From positions 1,839,116 to 1,903,115 of the forward strand of contig CAVQNG010000003.1 of the NCBI GenBank assembly GCA_963713825.1: a DNA stretch of 64,000 nucleotides, written 5' to 3'. Positions 48,014-57,020 of the stretch are shown here, in pieces. The stretch comes from an uncultured Acidobacteriota bacterium (GTDB lineage: Bacteria > Acidobacteriota > Thermoanaerobaculia > Multivoradales > JAHEKO01). The notes beneath the pieces were generated by a model. It did not search any database. It was not told the DNA's origin and saw only the letters and a program-made list of their open reading frames with translations. Both the position numbers and the translations under genes were made by a program. Numbering within the stretch: the stretch's first letter is position 1; each line of letters begins with the position of its first letter.

Positions 48014-48841
48014 ATGAAGAGAAGAAGACCGAACGCCTGGCAGGTTTTGCAGCGCTACCTAGTGGTTCTCGGAGGCTGTGTGCTGTGGATGCTCCCCTGC
48101 AGCGCTCAGGAACCCGAGGCCGTAGCTGGCCGATATGTAGATCTGACGTACAGCTTCGACGAAAGCACCGTCTTCTGGCCGACCGCCGAGGGCTTCGAGC
48201 TCGAGGTCTTGAGCGCCGAAACTACCGAGGCCGGCTTCTACTATGCCGCCAACCAGTTCTCGCTGGCCGAGCATGGTGGTACTCATCTCGATGCGCCGGT
48301 CCACTTCTCGGAAGGCAAGCAAGCGGCCGATGAGATCCCGCTGGAGCGCCTGATCGGCCCCGCCATCATCGTCGATGTCACCGAGCATTGCTCCCGTGAC
48401 CGCGATTACCAGGTGACCGCGGACGACTTCATGGCTGCGGAGAAGGCGGCCGGCCTCGCTCTCGACGACAAGATCGTCCTCATCCGGACGGGCTTCGGCC
48501 GCTACTGGCCGGACCGTGAAAAGTACATGGGTACCGCAGAGCGAGGGCCGCAGGCGGTGGCCAAGCTGCACTTCCCGGGCATCGATCCCGCGGCGGCACG
48601 ATGGCTCGTTGCCGAGCGCAATGTCAAAGCCATCGGCATCGACACCCCCAGCCTGGACTTCGGGCAGTCCACACTCTTCCAGACCCACGTCACCCTGTTC
48701 GCCGACAACATCCCGGGCTTCGAAAACGTCGCCAACCTCGATCAGCTACCCCTCTCCGGTTTCACGGTCATCGCACTGCCCATGAAGATCAAGGGCGGCA
48801 GCGGCGGTCCCTTGCGGATCGTCGCCGTGCTTGGCGACTGA
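48014..48841 (+). CDS. Secreted cyclase-family metal hydrolase
   Basis: EHGGTHLDAP; HFPG; GIDTPS; GGSGGPLR; signal peptide. Confidence 0.88.
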   Translation: MKRRRPNAWQVLQRYLVVLGGCVLWMLPCSAQEPEAVAGRYVDLTYSFDESTVFWPTAEGFELEVLSAETTEAGFYYAANQFSLAEHGGTHLDAPVHFSEGKQAADEIPLERLIGPAIIVDVTEHCSRDRDYQVTADDFMAAEKAAGLALDDKIVLIRTGFGRYWPDREKYMGTAERGPQAVAKLHFPGIDPAAARWLVAERNVKAIGIDTPSLDFGQSTLFQTHVTLFADNIPGFENVANLDQLPLSGFTVIALPMKIKGGSGGPLRIVAVLGD

Positions 48842-48987
48842 GGAGAACGGTTGAAGCGGCTGGTGCCTCTGCCGGCCGGGGATGTAGAGGCGGGGCTTGC
48901 CCCCGCCTTCAGGCGTTTCCGCGGAAACGCCTCGGCCTCACATGTGACTAAATTGACCTGTATGACTCTTTAGGTCACACTGGTCTC

Positions 48988-49380
48988 ATGAACGACCGAA
49001 ATTCAGAGAGTCGCAGCATCGGCGATGCCAAGGCTCACTTCGCCGAGTGCGTTCGAAGTGTCGAGAAGGGGGAGACCGTCGTTCTGACCCGGCACGGTCG
49101 GCCAGTCGCCCGCCTGGTGCCACTCGAGACGATGGACGACGACACCGAGCGAATCTCGAGCGGCGCGTGTCGATCCCAGGTCAGCGAGGTGCGCGAGAGT
49201 GTGGTCGAGTACGAGGGACGAGCAGATTCCTCGGGTTACAAGACGGAAGCCAGGCGGGAGATCCTGCAGCGCCTGTTCGAGGAAGAGATTTGGCCCCAGA
49301 TTCCCAGTGACCTGATCGGCAAGGGCCCGTCCAAGCGCGAGCGCGAACAGATCCTCGGAATCGGCGAGGACGGCACATGA
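48988..49380 (+). CDS. Phd/YefM-family antitoxin with extended C-terminus
   Basis: SIGDAKAHFAE...VVLTRHGRPVARLVP; ATGA overlap with the PIN toxin. Confidence 0.85.
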   Translation: MNDRNSESRSIGDAKAHFAECVRSVEKGETVVLTRHGRPVARLVPLETMDDDTERISSGACRSQVSEVRESVVEYEGRADSSGYKTEARREILQRLFEEEIWPQIPSDLIGKGPSKREREQILGIGEDGT

Positions 49381-49769
49381 TCCTCGACAGCTCTGCTTTG
49401 ATCGCGCTGGTCTTCCGCGAGCCGGAAGCCGAGCAGATCCTCGATTCCCTGGCTGAAGCCGAGGTCGCTGCCATTGGAGCTCCCACGTTGGCCGAGACCG
49501 GGATCGTCCTCGGCGCCAAGCTCGGAGAAGCCTCCCGAGCGATCCTCTCGCGCCTCCTGGAAGACCTCGATCTCGTCGTCCTGCCATTCACCGCAGCGCA
49601 TGGCCGGGAGGCTCGAGAAGCCTTCCTGCGGTTTGGCCGTGGCCGTCATCCGGCCGGGCTCAATTTTGGTGACTGTCTCACCTATGCCACCGCCAAGCTG
49701 GCCGGCCAGTCACTCCTCTTCGTCGGCAACGACTTCAGCCAGACTGACCTGACTACAGCAGGGAAGTAG
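49377..49769 (+). CDS. vapC: VapC PIN-domain toxin
   Basis: ILDSSALIA; HPAGLNFGDCLTYA; FVGNDF. Confidence 0.92.
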   Translation: MILDSSALIALVFREPEAEQILDSLAEAEVAAIGAPTLAETGIVLGAKLGEASRAILSRLLEDLDLVVLPFTAAHGREAREAFLRFGRGRHPAGLNFGDCLTYATAKLAGQSLLFVGNDFSQTDLTTAGK

Positions 49770-49872
49770 GAGGGAGCCTCGCGGCCTCCCGCTCTGTGCG
49801 TCCTGTTGAAGCGGCCGGCCCTTCGCCGACCTTGGACCTTCGACCATCTGGACCTTGTTCTTCCCAGTATCG

Positions 49873-50250
49873 CTACTCGACCAACGCAACGCGCAAGCGT
49901 CTGAAGTCTGTCTGGTTGGCGGTGGCGAGCCGGGCATTGCAGCGTAGGGCCGTGGCCGCGATCATGCAGTCGGTCAGTGAGCTCCGGTGGCGACCGGACT
50001 CATTGAAGAGCTCCGCAGCCAGGGAGGCGTCCTTGCCGGTGAAGGGGATGAGCTCGGGGGTGATGCGGCGGGCGATGTCGAGCTGACAACTGTCGAGCGG
50101 GCCGCAGAGGAACTCGGCCCAGGCGATCGAGCTCATCGCTAATTCTCGACTGGCCTCGAGGAGCGCTCGCAGCATCCGATCTTCCGTTGTGCCAGGCTGG
50201 AGAGCTCGGATGAGAAAGCTCGTATCGAGGTGGACAGGAGTCTGACTCAT
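49873..50250 (-). CDS. vapC: VapC PIN-domain toxin
   Basis: HLDTSFLI; AWAEFLCG; DCMIAATA; LATANQTDF. Confidence 0.9.
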   Translation of the reverse strand: MSQTPVHLDTSFLIRALQPGTTEDRMLRALLEASRELAMSSIAWAEFLCGPLDSCQLDIARRITPELIPFTGKDASLAAELFNESGRHRSSLTDCMIAATALRCNARLATANQTDFRRLRVALVE

Positions 50251-50253
50251 CGG

Positions 50254-50520
50254 CTACAGCCGCGAAGAGCTCCGTCGCAACTCCCGGTTCTTCTCTTCCC
50301 AGTCCCGCAGATCCTCGGGGGCGAGATCGAGCGACTGCTGCAGCTCGTCGAGTGCTGAGAGTTGATCCTCGCCAGCTCTGGGTTCAGAGGCGACTGCCAT
50401 TCGAATGGCTTGTCTCAGAGCAGCGGACTTGGAGATCTTCAGTCGTCTCGCCATCCGCTCCAGGTCCCTGACCGTCTCGACATCGAGGGAGTAGGTTGCC
50501 TTGATCTTCTCGCCAGCCAT
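50254..50520 (-). CDS. vapB: Ribbon-helix-helix antitoxin (VapB-like)
   Basis: KATYSLDVETVRDLERMARRLKISKSAALRQAI; immediately upstream of VapC. Confidence 0.8.
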   Translation of the reverse strand: MAGEKIKATYSLDVETVRDLERMARRLKISKSAALRQAIRMAVASEPRAGEDQLSALDELQQSLDLAPEDLRDWEEKNRELRRSSSRL

Positions 50521-50525
50521 ATTCG

Positions 50526-50543
50526 AAAGTATGGCCATACTTT
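50526..50543. promoter_or_regulatory. Perfect 18-bp palindrome, likely vapBC operator overlapping the -10 element
   Basis: AAAGTATGGCCATACTTT, 5 nt before the antitoxin ATG; TTGACG upstream on the minus strand. Confidence 0.6.
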
Positions 50544-50765
50544 TCCAACTCGTCAAGTAGACACACATCCCATCTTGGGCATCACCCCTTGTAGACGACA
50601 ACGCGGACTGGAATCTCACCTCAGAAGTGTGTTCTCGACCCGTTGCAGCGGCTGGCGCCCCTGCCGGCCGGAGTGTGCGGGTGTGTCCGGACTTGTGCCG
50701 GCCTCGATAGATCGCCTTCTGGCCGGCGCATCCGCTATCCTTACTACTATCGCGGGCAGTCAGTC

Positions 50766-52958
50766 ATGATCGGCCAGACGATAGGCCACTACAAGATTCT
50801 GGAGAAGCTCGGTGCGGGCGGCATGGGAGAGGTCTATGCGGCGACCGACCTCGAGCTCGAGCGGCGGGTAGCCCTGAAGGTGCTACCGAAGGAGATGGCG
50901 GACAACCGGGAGCGCTTGACTCGTTTCCGCCGTGAGGCCAAGACCCTCGCCTCGTTGAGTCATCCCAGCATCGTCACCATCTACTCGGTCGAGCATTCCG
51001 ACGGCGTCCACTTCCTCACCATGGAGCTGCTCCGCGGTCGGACCCTGCGGAACTTGATACCGAAGGGCGGTGTCGACGTCGAGAAGTTCTTCGACATCAC
51101 CGTTCCATTGGCCGACGCCCTTGCCGCAGCGCACGACCAAGGTGTGATTCATCGCGACCTGAAACCCAGCAACGTCTTCGTCACCGACAGCGACACGGTC
51201 AAGGTTCTCGACTTCGGCCTCGCCAAGATCCAGCCGGGCGGCGTGCAAGATGTCGACACCCATGGTCCCACGGAAATCCTGACTGGGGAAGGGCGCGTGC
51301 TCGGCACCGTCCCCTACATGTCGCCGGAGCAGCTCAAGGGGCGGAAGATCGATGCACGCTCCGACATCTTCTCGTTCGGGATCGTGTTGTACCAGCTCGC
51401 GACCGGTGACCTGCCGTTCAACGGCTCCAGTTCGGTGGAGGTGCAATCCTCGATCTTGCGCGACACCCCGACGACAGTCGACGCTCTGCGCAGGGAGATG
51501 CCTCATCATGTTGGCCGCATCGTCGCTGCCTGTCTCGAAAAGGATCCCGAGCAGAGATATCAGTCGGCCAAAGACATCCGCAACGACCTGGTGAGGTTGC
51601 GAGACGAGGTAACCACAGGAGAGAGGGAAGCCAGTACCGTTCCGAGGACCCCAGGAAAGAGACTGTCCGGGAGAGCGATCTGGTGGGTCGGGACCGTCCT
51701 CTTGATCGTCGGCATCCTCGCGACTCTGGTCTGGCTAGGCACCAAAGATCGATCAGTCCCTTCACAGCTCACAATCGAGACTCCTCAGGTCGGCGGCGCG
51801 GCGCAGAAGCTTCTCGACCAGGGGCACCTTTTCGAGCTCCGCGGTGACCTCAGAGAGAACCTGGACAACGCGGAGGATCGCTATCGCCGAGCCCTTCAGC
51901 TCGAACCGGACAATCCGTACATCGAGGCCCGCTTGGCCGCTCTATTGGCCCGAATCCAGATCCAGTACTCAGAGGAGGAGCGGATCACTGAAATCCAGCA
52001 ACTCGCGCAGAGCGCGCTGGAAAGCGGTTCGCAGCTCCCAGACGCGTGGTTCGCGTTGGGACAACTCTCACTGCTGGAGGGTGAAAGCCAGGCAGCAGAG
52101 CACGCGGCAGGAGAAGTGTTGAAGGCGGACCCTGAAGACTATCGCGGCTACACCCTGCGGGGCGAGGCTCTCTTGCTGCAGGACCGGGTCGACGAGGGGT
52201 TGGTGGAGCTGCGCAAGGGGGTCGAGCTTGCCGGCACCGACATGCGCGCCCGCCTGACCCTGGCTCGGACGCTGCGGCATATCGGCCGCGCCAACGACGC
52301 CGCGGCCGAGTACGAAGACGTCCTGCGCTATGTCCCCGATCTGCCCAATGCGCTCAACAATCTCGGAATGATCTACGCGATGCAGGGCCGCTGTCTCGAT
52401 GCCGTGCCCATGTTCAAGCGTCTGATGCAGGTCCACGACGACGAGATCGCTGCCCTCAATCTGGCGAACTGCTACGTCAGCCTGGGTCGTTACGAGGATG
52501 CCATCGATACCTACGAGAAAGCCCTCGAGATCGCACCCGATCAGCCGTTCACCTTGCACGCAATGGCAGAGGCTTATGCGAAGGCGGAGGACGCCAAAGC
52601 GGCCAGGCATTGGTACGAGAAAGCCGTGGCAGCCTACGATGCGAGCCTCGCTGCCGGGGCCCCACGCTCCCAGTATCTGGGGTGGAGGGCGGTCTGCCTA
52701 GCCATGCTCGGCCGCTACGACGAAGCTGAAGCCAATATCACCGAGCTCCTGGAGATCGCTCCCGACCGCAGCAGTCCGGTGTTCAATGCCGCCCAGGTGC
52801 ACGCTCTCGCTGGCGATCGGCAGCAGGCGTTCGACTACCTGCAGCAAGCTGTCGAGGCCGGCTACCCACGTCAAGAAGTCGAGTCGGATCTGGCCTTCAG
52901 AGCCTTCCGGGAAGACCCCGAGTTTCGGGCCCTGATCGAAGCCCCTGTCGTTCCCTAG
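50766..52958 (+). CDS. Ser/Thr protein kinase with TM helix and TPR repeats
   Basis: LGAGGMGEV, HRDLKPSN, DFG; TM AIWWVGTVLLIVGILATLVWL; TPRs; start MIGQT at 50766. Confidence 0.92.
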   Translation: MIGQTIGHYKILEKLGAGGMGEVYAATDLELERRVALKVLPKEMADNRERLTRFRREAKTLASLSHPSIVTIYSVEHSDGVHFLTMELLRGRTLRNLIPKGGVDVEKFFDITVPLADALAAAHDQGVIHRDLKPSNVFVTDSDTVKVLDFGLAKIQPGGVQDVDTHGPTEILTGEGRVLGTVPYMSPEQLKGRKIDARSDIFSFGIVLYQLATGDLPFNGSSSVEVQSSILRDTPTTVDALRREMPHHVGRIVAACLEKDPEQRYQSAKDIRNDLVRLRDEVTTGEREASTVPRTPGKRLSGRAIWWVGTVLLIVGILATLVWLGTKDRSVPSQLTIETPQVGGAAQKLLDQGHLFELRGDLRENLDNAEDRYRRALQLEPDNPYIEARLAALLARIQIQYSEEERITEIQQLAQSALESGSQLPDAWFALGQLSLLEGESQAAEHAAGEVLKADPEDYRGYTLRGEALLLQDRVDEGLVELRKGVELAGTDMRARLTLARTLRHIGRANDAAAEYEDVLRYVPDLPNALNNLGMIYAMQGRCLDAVPMFKRLMQVHDDEIAALNLANCYVSLGRYEDAIDTYEKALEIAPDQPFTLHAMAEAYAKAEDAKAARHWYEKAVAAYDASLAAGAPRSQYLGWRAVCLAMLGRYDEAEANITELLEIAPDRSSPVFNAAQVHALAGDRQQAFDYLQQAVEAGYPRQEVESDLAFRAFREDPEFRALIEAPVVP

Positions 52959-52967
52959 CCCGACACC

Positions 52968-53501
52968 CTAGGGCCGTTCACCCCAGGGGGGGTCGAAGAT
53001 CATGACCTCTTCCCCTATGTCATTCTTGAACACCAGAGTGAATGTGATGAGCCGATTGGGCCCATGCGCTGCGCCGGGCCCCTTGTTAACTTGCAACATT
53101 ATGGTTTTCTCGACCGGACCGCTGCTGTTCGGATTCCGGAATTCAACTTCTGTTCCATTTTTAGCCCCATCCACGGTCATCTTTAGCGGGTTCGAAAGGT
53201 CTTCTTCGTCGTCTCTTCGCCAGCCGTTGCCGATGTTGAAGAACGCCTGTGCATAGAAGTCCCTCATTACGATTGATTTGTGCCTAGTGTTGTCGAATGT
53301 GACTCTTACCGCAATCTCTTTCTGGCGAAAGATACAGGGTACCGCGTCGTCTTCCTTTCCCTTGTAGGAGAAGCTGTTGTCCGTAACGACCATCTCTATC
53401 ACTGCGGACTTGGTTTTTCCGGGAATGCACTTCGAGAAGGCTACATCTGCCAAAAACCAGCAACTCAGCAATACGACAAGAACTGCAGCTGTCTTCTTCA
53501 T
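52968..53501 (-). CDS. Secreted hypothetical protein ending FDPPWGERP
   Basis: Signal peptide; AAGGAGG RBS; AT-richer than its neighbours; downstream of a riboswitch. Confidence 0.75.
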   Translation of the reverse strand: MKKTAAVLVVLLSCWFLADVAFSKCIPGKTKSAVIEMVVTDNSFSYKGKEDDAVPCIFRQKEIAVRVTFDNTRHKSIVMRDFYAQAFFNIGNGWRRDDEEDLSNPLKMTVDGAKNGTEVEFRNPNSSGPVEKTIMLQVNKGPGAAHGPNRLITFTLVFKNDIGEEVMIFDPPWGERP

Positions 53502-53594
53502 CTTCCAAACCTCCTTTGGCGCAGAACTACTTCACCCGCCGCTATACCCAGGACACGCAGCAGCCCACGCGACCGGGCGCTCCCGGATCGATTC

Positions 53595-53693
53595 CCTTCG
53601 GCAGCCCGGCGGCCCTGGGATCCACAGGTAAGGAGGCGAGGACCCGTGGCTTTGTGTGCTCAGCCTTTCGACTGGCGTACCTTTGTCGAGGTA
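53595..53693 (-). promoter_or_regulatory. c-di-GMP-I (GEMM)-like riboswitch, second copy
   Basis: Minus strand reads UCGACAAAGGUACGCCAGUC-GAAA-GGCUGAGCACACAAAGCCACGGGUCC...GGCCGCCGGGCUGCCGAA; near-identical to 10025..10136. Confidence 0.8.
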
Positions 53694-53903
53694 AGAAGAC
53701 GCTACTCCTGCTAGGAGCAGATGTCCAGAAAACGGTTTAAGGACTGACCTAACTGCCTGAATCAATCCCTTAGCCCTGAGAGTCGCTCGGAGACGTTTCC
53801 GCGGAAACGTCGGCATCGCTGCCTCGGCGGGAGCCCAGAACCGCCTCGACCTTTGAAGCGGCTGGCGCCCCTGCCGGCCGGGGCGTACGGGCGTGTCCGG
53901 ACC

Positions 53904-53980
53904 TGTGCCCGAAAAGGTGCCAGCCGATTCTGGAGCTGTGCCCGAAAAGGTGCCGAAAAGGTGCCAGCCGATTCTGGAGC
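53904..53980 (+). repeat. Short imperfect tandem repeat
   Basis: CGAAAAGGTGCC three times; CAGCCGATTCTGGAGC twice. Confidence 0.7.
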
Positions 53981-54148
53981 CGGGTGGGTGGCAGCGGAGG
54001 GGCGGGGCTTGCCCCTCCTAGACCCTCCCAACCGTGAGATTTGCGCGCGGCTCTACGTCTAGAGCTCAAGACATGCAAGCTCCCCGTCATCCTCTTGTCT
54101 CAGCTTGATGGTCGAATTGATCTAGTATCAATTAGTGATATCATAGAG

Positions 54149-54418
54149 ATGAGTCTGAGCCGGCGCCATCGCAGGACACTGGAACGCATTTTCGAAGCCC
54201 CGCGCCGGTCTGATGTCGAATGGAGACAGGTGATGGCACTGCTCGAGGCCCTGGGAGCGGGAGTCAGCAAAGGCCGAGGCTCCCGGGTTCGCGTTGTTCT
54301 AAACGGAGTGAGAGCAGTGTTTCACAGGCCGCACCCGCGCAAGGAGATGGACAAGGGATCACTCGGGTCGATGGAGCGGTTTCTGACCACGGCTGGCATC
54401 GAACCTCAGGAGGACTAG
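54149..54418 (+). CDS. hicA: HicA-family toxin
   Basis: RHRRTLERIF...W...GRGSRVRVVLNG...FHRPHP. Confidence 0.88.
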   Translation: MSLSRRHRRTLERIFEAPRRSDVEWRQVMALLEALGAGVSKGRGSRVRVVLNGVRAVFHRPHPRKEMDKGSLGSMERFLTTAGIEPQED

Positions 54419-54419
54419 C

Positions 54420-54794
54420 ATGCTCTCTTATCAGGGATACTCTGGCACGGTGAAGTTCGACGCGGACGAGGAGATCTTCCACGGTGAGGTCAGCGGGCTC
54501 AGGGATGTCGTGACCTTCCAGGGGCGCTCAGCTCGAGAGATCAAGCAGGCCTTTCGCGAATCGATCGACGACTATCTCGAGCTCTGCCAGGAGACTGGTC
54601 GATCCCCCGACAAGCCCTTCTCGGGCCGGCTCGTTGTCAGAATGCCGCCGGATCTCCACCGGGCCTTGCACAATCTCGCGGCGGCCGAGCAGGTCAGCCT
54701 CAATCGCGTGATCGTAAAGGTGCTCGAAGCGAGTCTGGACTCAACGGGATTGCTCGAGAGCCCCGTGTCAGCTGGTGCCTCGGGTTCCGCCTGA
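54420..54794 (+). CDS. hicB: HicB-family antitoxin
   Basis: SYQGYSG...VVTFQG...SIDDYL...PDKPFSGR...SLN. Confidence 0.9.
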   Translation: MLSYQGYSGTVKFDADEEIFHGEVSGLRDVVTFQGRSAREIKQAFRESIDDYLELCQETGRSPDKPFSGRLVVRMPPDLHRALHNLAAAEQVSLNRVIVKVLEASLDSTGLLESPVSAGASGSA

Positions 54795-55060
54795 AGCGTC
54801 CCGCCAGCACATTTGAAGCGCCCGGCACCCCTGCCGGCCGATCGCCGGACCTGTGTCGACCAATAGCCTCATGTGCATGATTCTATGGAACTTACGCCGA
54901 TTCGCACTGCCCTCGCTGGGCCACTCCTGATGCTGCGGTAGCTCAAGATCGACTGGTCAGAATCCGTCTGTAGGGGCGTGGCTTGCCTTCTATATCCAGG
55001 GATGGGACAATAAATAAGACTTTAAGTAGGACATTATTTGGGACAAGCGTAGGAGATGCC

Positions 55061-55429
55061 ATGCAAAGCGCAGCCGTACGCAAGCTCGAACGGCAAGCGG
55101 CCCAGGAAACCGTGGATGCTGCTGTTGCAGTTCTCGAGTTGAACTTCGAGCAGCTGGCCGAAGCCCTCCAGGTCGATCGTCGAACGGTCTACAGGTACCG
55201 CAAGTGTCAGACCGTTCCGACGCCTGAGGTGCGAGTGCGTTTCGACACACTGAGGGAGATCCTCCAGCTCCTGGAGGAGGTCTTCGCCACTCAGGAGGAC
55301 CGACAAACATGGCTGTATCGAAGTGTTCCTCTGCTCCGAGGTCGGCGCCCCATCGATCTGATGCTCCGGGCCGAGCTCGAGCCGGTCGTTGAGATCCTGG
55401 CCGGCTACCAGGCGGGTGCACACATTTGA
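55061..55429 (+). CDS. Xre/MbcA/ParS-type antitoxin (HTH plus DUF2384-like domain)
   Basis: LAEALQVDRRTVYRY HTH; WL..SVPLLRGRRPIDLM; AGGAG RBS. Confidence 0.8.
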   Translation: MQSAAVRKLERQAAQETVDAAVAVLELNFEQLAEALQVDRRTVYRYRKCQTVPTPEVRVRFDTLREILQLLEEVFATQEDRQTWLYRSVPLLRGRRPIDLMLRAELEPVVEILAGYQAGAHI

Positions 55430-55481
55430 AGTTCAGCGGTCTCGTCTGGTGCTCCGTCTCAACTGCTGACAGTTGAAGAAT

Positions 55482-55520
55482 TGACGCTACTGACGCTATA
55501 TGTTAGCGTCAGAAGCGTCA
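55482..55520. promoter_or_regulatory. Long inverted repeat, likely operator of the downstream antitoxin-RES pair
   Basis: TGACGCTACTGACGCTA-TATGT-TAGCGTCAGAAGCGTCA ending at the ATG. Confidence 0.55.
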
Positions 55521-56191
55521 TGAAAGTCAAGCGCCGTAAAGACACTACAGAGAAGCGCCTGCCCGAGGCGAAGGAGCAGCGGCTCAGACTCTTGCAAGAT
55601 CTTGCCAGTGCTTCCCGTCATTTCGATCAAGAGGAGTTGCTGGATCTGGCGGCTGAGGTAGCGTCGCAGCATCCTGGCCTGAAAGGGAAGTCTCCCCATT
55701 TGAGAGTGTTGCTGTGCTGGGAAGCCAACCGAATGGAAATCATCGAGAAACTGGCGGGCGCCCCGCGAGACGTCGTTTCGAGCTCCGACCCCCGAGAGGA
55801 GTTGGGGGTGAGGATCGCGAGTGAAGCCGTTGCGACCATCTGGCAGGAACAAATGCTCGACGCGGGGAAGGTCGCCGAGAGCCTTGGGGCTCGATCCTCG
55901 AACAGAGAAAAGGCCCGCACGTTGCGGAAGCGCTCGGAGCTCCTTGGGCTGCCCAGGGATCGCGGCTATCTGTACCCGGCCTTTCAGATCGACGAAGGGC
56001 GCCGGCAGGTCTACCCCGAGGTCGCGGAAGTCAACAGGCTTCTGGGCGCGACGGAAGATCCGTGGGGTACCGCATCCTGGTGGGTATCCGAGAACTCGAG
56101 ATTGCAGGCCCGCCCACTCGAGCTCGTTGGAACCGAGAAAGCAGCCCGCCTCGTGGCAGCCGCGGAAGCAGTCATCGAAGAGATTGGTTGA
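55520..56191 (+). CDS. Putative antitoxin of the RES toxin (MbcA-like C-terminus)
   Basis: YLYPAFQ; DPWGTASWWVSENSRLQARPLEL; 3 bp before the RES gene. Confidence 0.7.
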   Translation: MKVKRRKDTTEKRLPEAKEQRLRLLQDLASASRHFDQEELLDLAAEVASQHPGLKGKSPHLRVLLCWEANRMEIIEKLAGAPRDVVSSSDPREELGVRIASEAVATIWQEQMLDAGKVAESLGARSSNREKARTLRKRSELLGLPRDRGYLYPAFQIDEGRRQVYPEVAEVNRLLGATEDPWGTASWWVSENSRLQARPLELVGTEKAARLVAAAEAVIEEIG

Positions 56192-56194
56192 CGG

Positions 56195-56866
56195 GTGCCG
56201 AACTACCCGCCCCCGGATCACTGCAGTGGAGAACCGCGAGAGTCTGTACTTCCAACGGGCCTGACGGTCAGCCGCGTGCACAGCTCGGAGTTCGCGGCGA
56301 CGTCCTTCAACCCAAGACTGGCGAGGTCCCCATTCAAAGGCGGCCGCTTCGATGGCACTTCAGACGACCCATACCCTTTCCTGTACGCAGCCGAAGAGGA
56401 TGCAGCTGCAGTCGCAGAGGCTCTGCTTCGAGACGTTCCGTTTGACACGCAGCCCAGGATTCTCGGACGGGCGCGAATCAGAAATAAGTGCCTCAGTCGG
56501 ATCAGGAGCACTCGCGATCTGCATCTCGTGAGGCTGGTCGATGGAGAGGATCTCGCTCAGGTGGGCCAGGACATCTGGTTGGTGACCTGCGAGTCGAATC
56601 AGTACCAAGCTACGCGAGTGTGGGCTCAGGCCATTCGGCGCTGGGCCCCTTGGTGCGAGGGGCTGGTTTGGCGTTCTCGCAGGGAGCCCAGAAGTCTCGA
56701 CTACATCTTCTTCGAGGACCGGATGGGGCCAGAGGGCTCGCCTTTCGAAGAGGTCGTCGATCCCGGTGGTCAGCTGGCTCTTGGAGACAACAGGCTCGAC
56801 CAGGGCTTGGGCCAGGTCTACCTCGAGGAAATCGTCCAGAGGTATGCGATCACTTTGGGGCCGTAG
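56195..56866 (+). CDS. RES-domain toxin (NAD+-consuming family)
   Basis: RVH...FNP...GGRFD...LYAA...AEALLR...GLVWRSR (R-E-S residues). Confidence 0.88.
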   Translation: MPNYPPPDHCSGEPRESVLPTGLTVSRVHSSEFAATSFNPRLARSPFKGGRFDGTSDDPYPFLYAAEEDAAAVAEALLRDVPFDTQPRILGRARIRNKCLSRIRSTRDLHLVRLVDGEDLAQVGQDIWLVTCESNQYQATRVWAQAIRRWAPWCEGLVWRSRREPRSLDYIFFEDRMGPEGSPFEEVVDPGGQLALGDNRLDQGLGQVYLEEIVQRYAITLGP

Positions 56867-57020
56867 CCAGTCGGCAACTCGTCCCTTGAAGCGGTCGGCG
56901 CCCCTGCCGGCCGGGGCGTGCGGGTGCGTCCGGACCTGTGCCGATCAATAGCCTCATGTGCATGAATCGATGGAACTTACGCCGATTCGCACTGCCCTAG
57001 TTGGGCCGGAGTGATTACTT

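Larger units (their letters stand above)
54845..57007 (+). repeat. Pair of ~78-bp direct repeats (54845-54922 and 56930-57007) flanking the Xre/RES module
   Basis: CCGGACCTGTG..CAATAGCCTCATGTGCATGA..ATGGAACTTACGCCGATTCGCACTGCCCT..TGGGCC in both copies, each directly after a TTGAAG repeat. Confidence 0.85.

Noticed and set aside
53904-53980. Mini CRISPR array
   Set aside because: Units are adjacent with no unique spacers; no cas operon. The Cas4-like domain at 20-21 kb belongs to a DUF2779-type protein.
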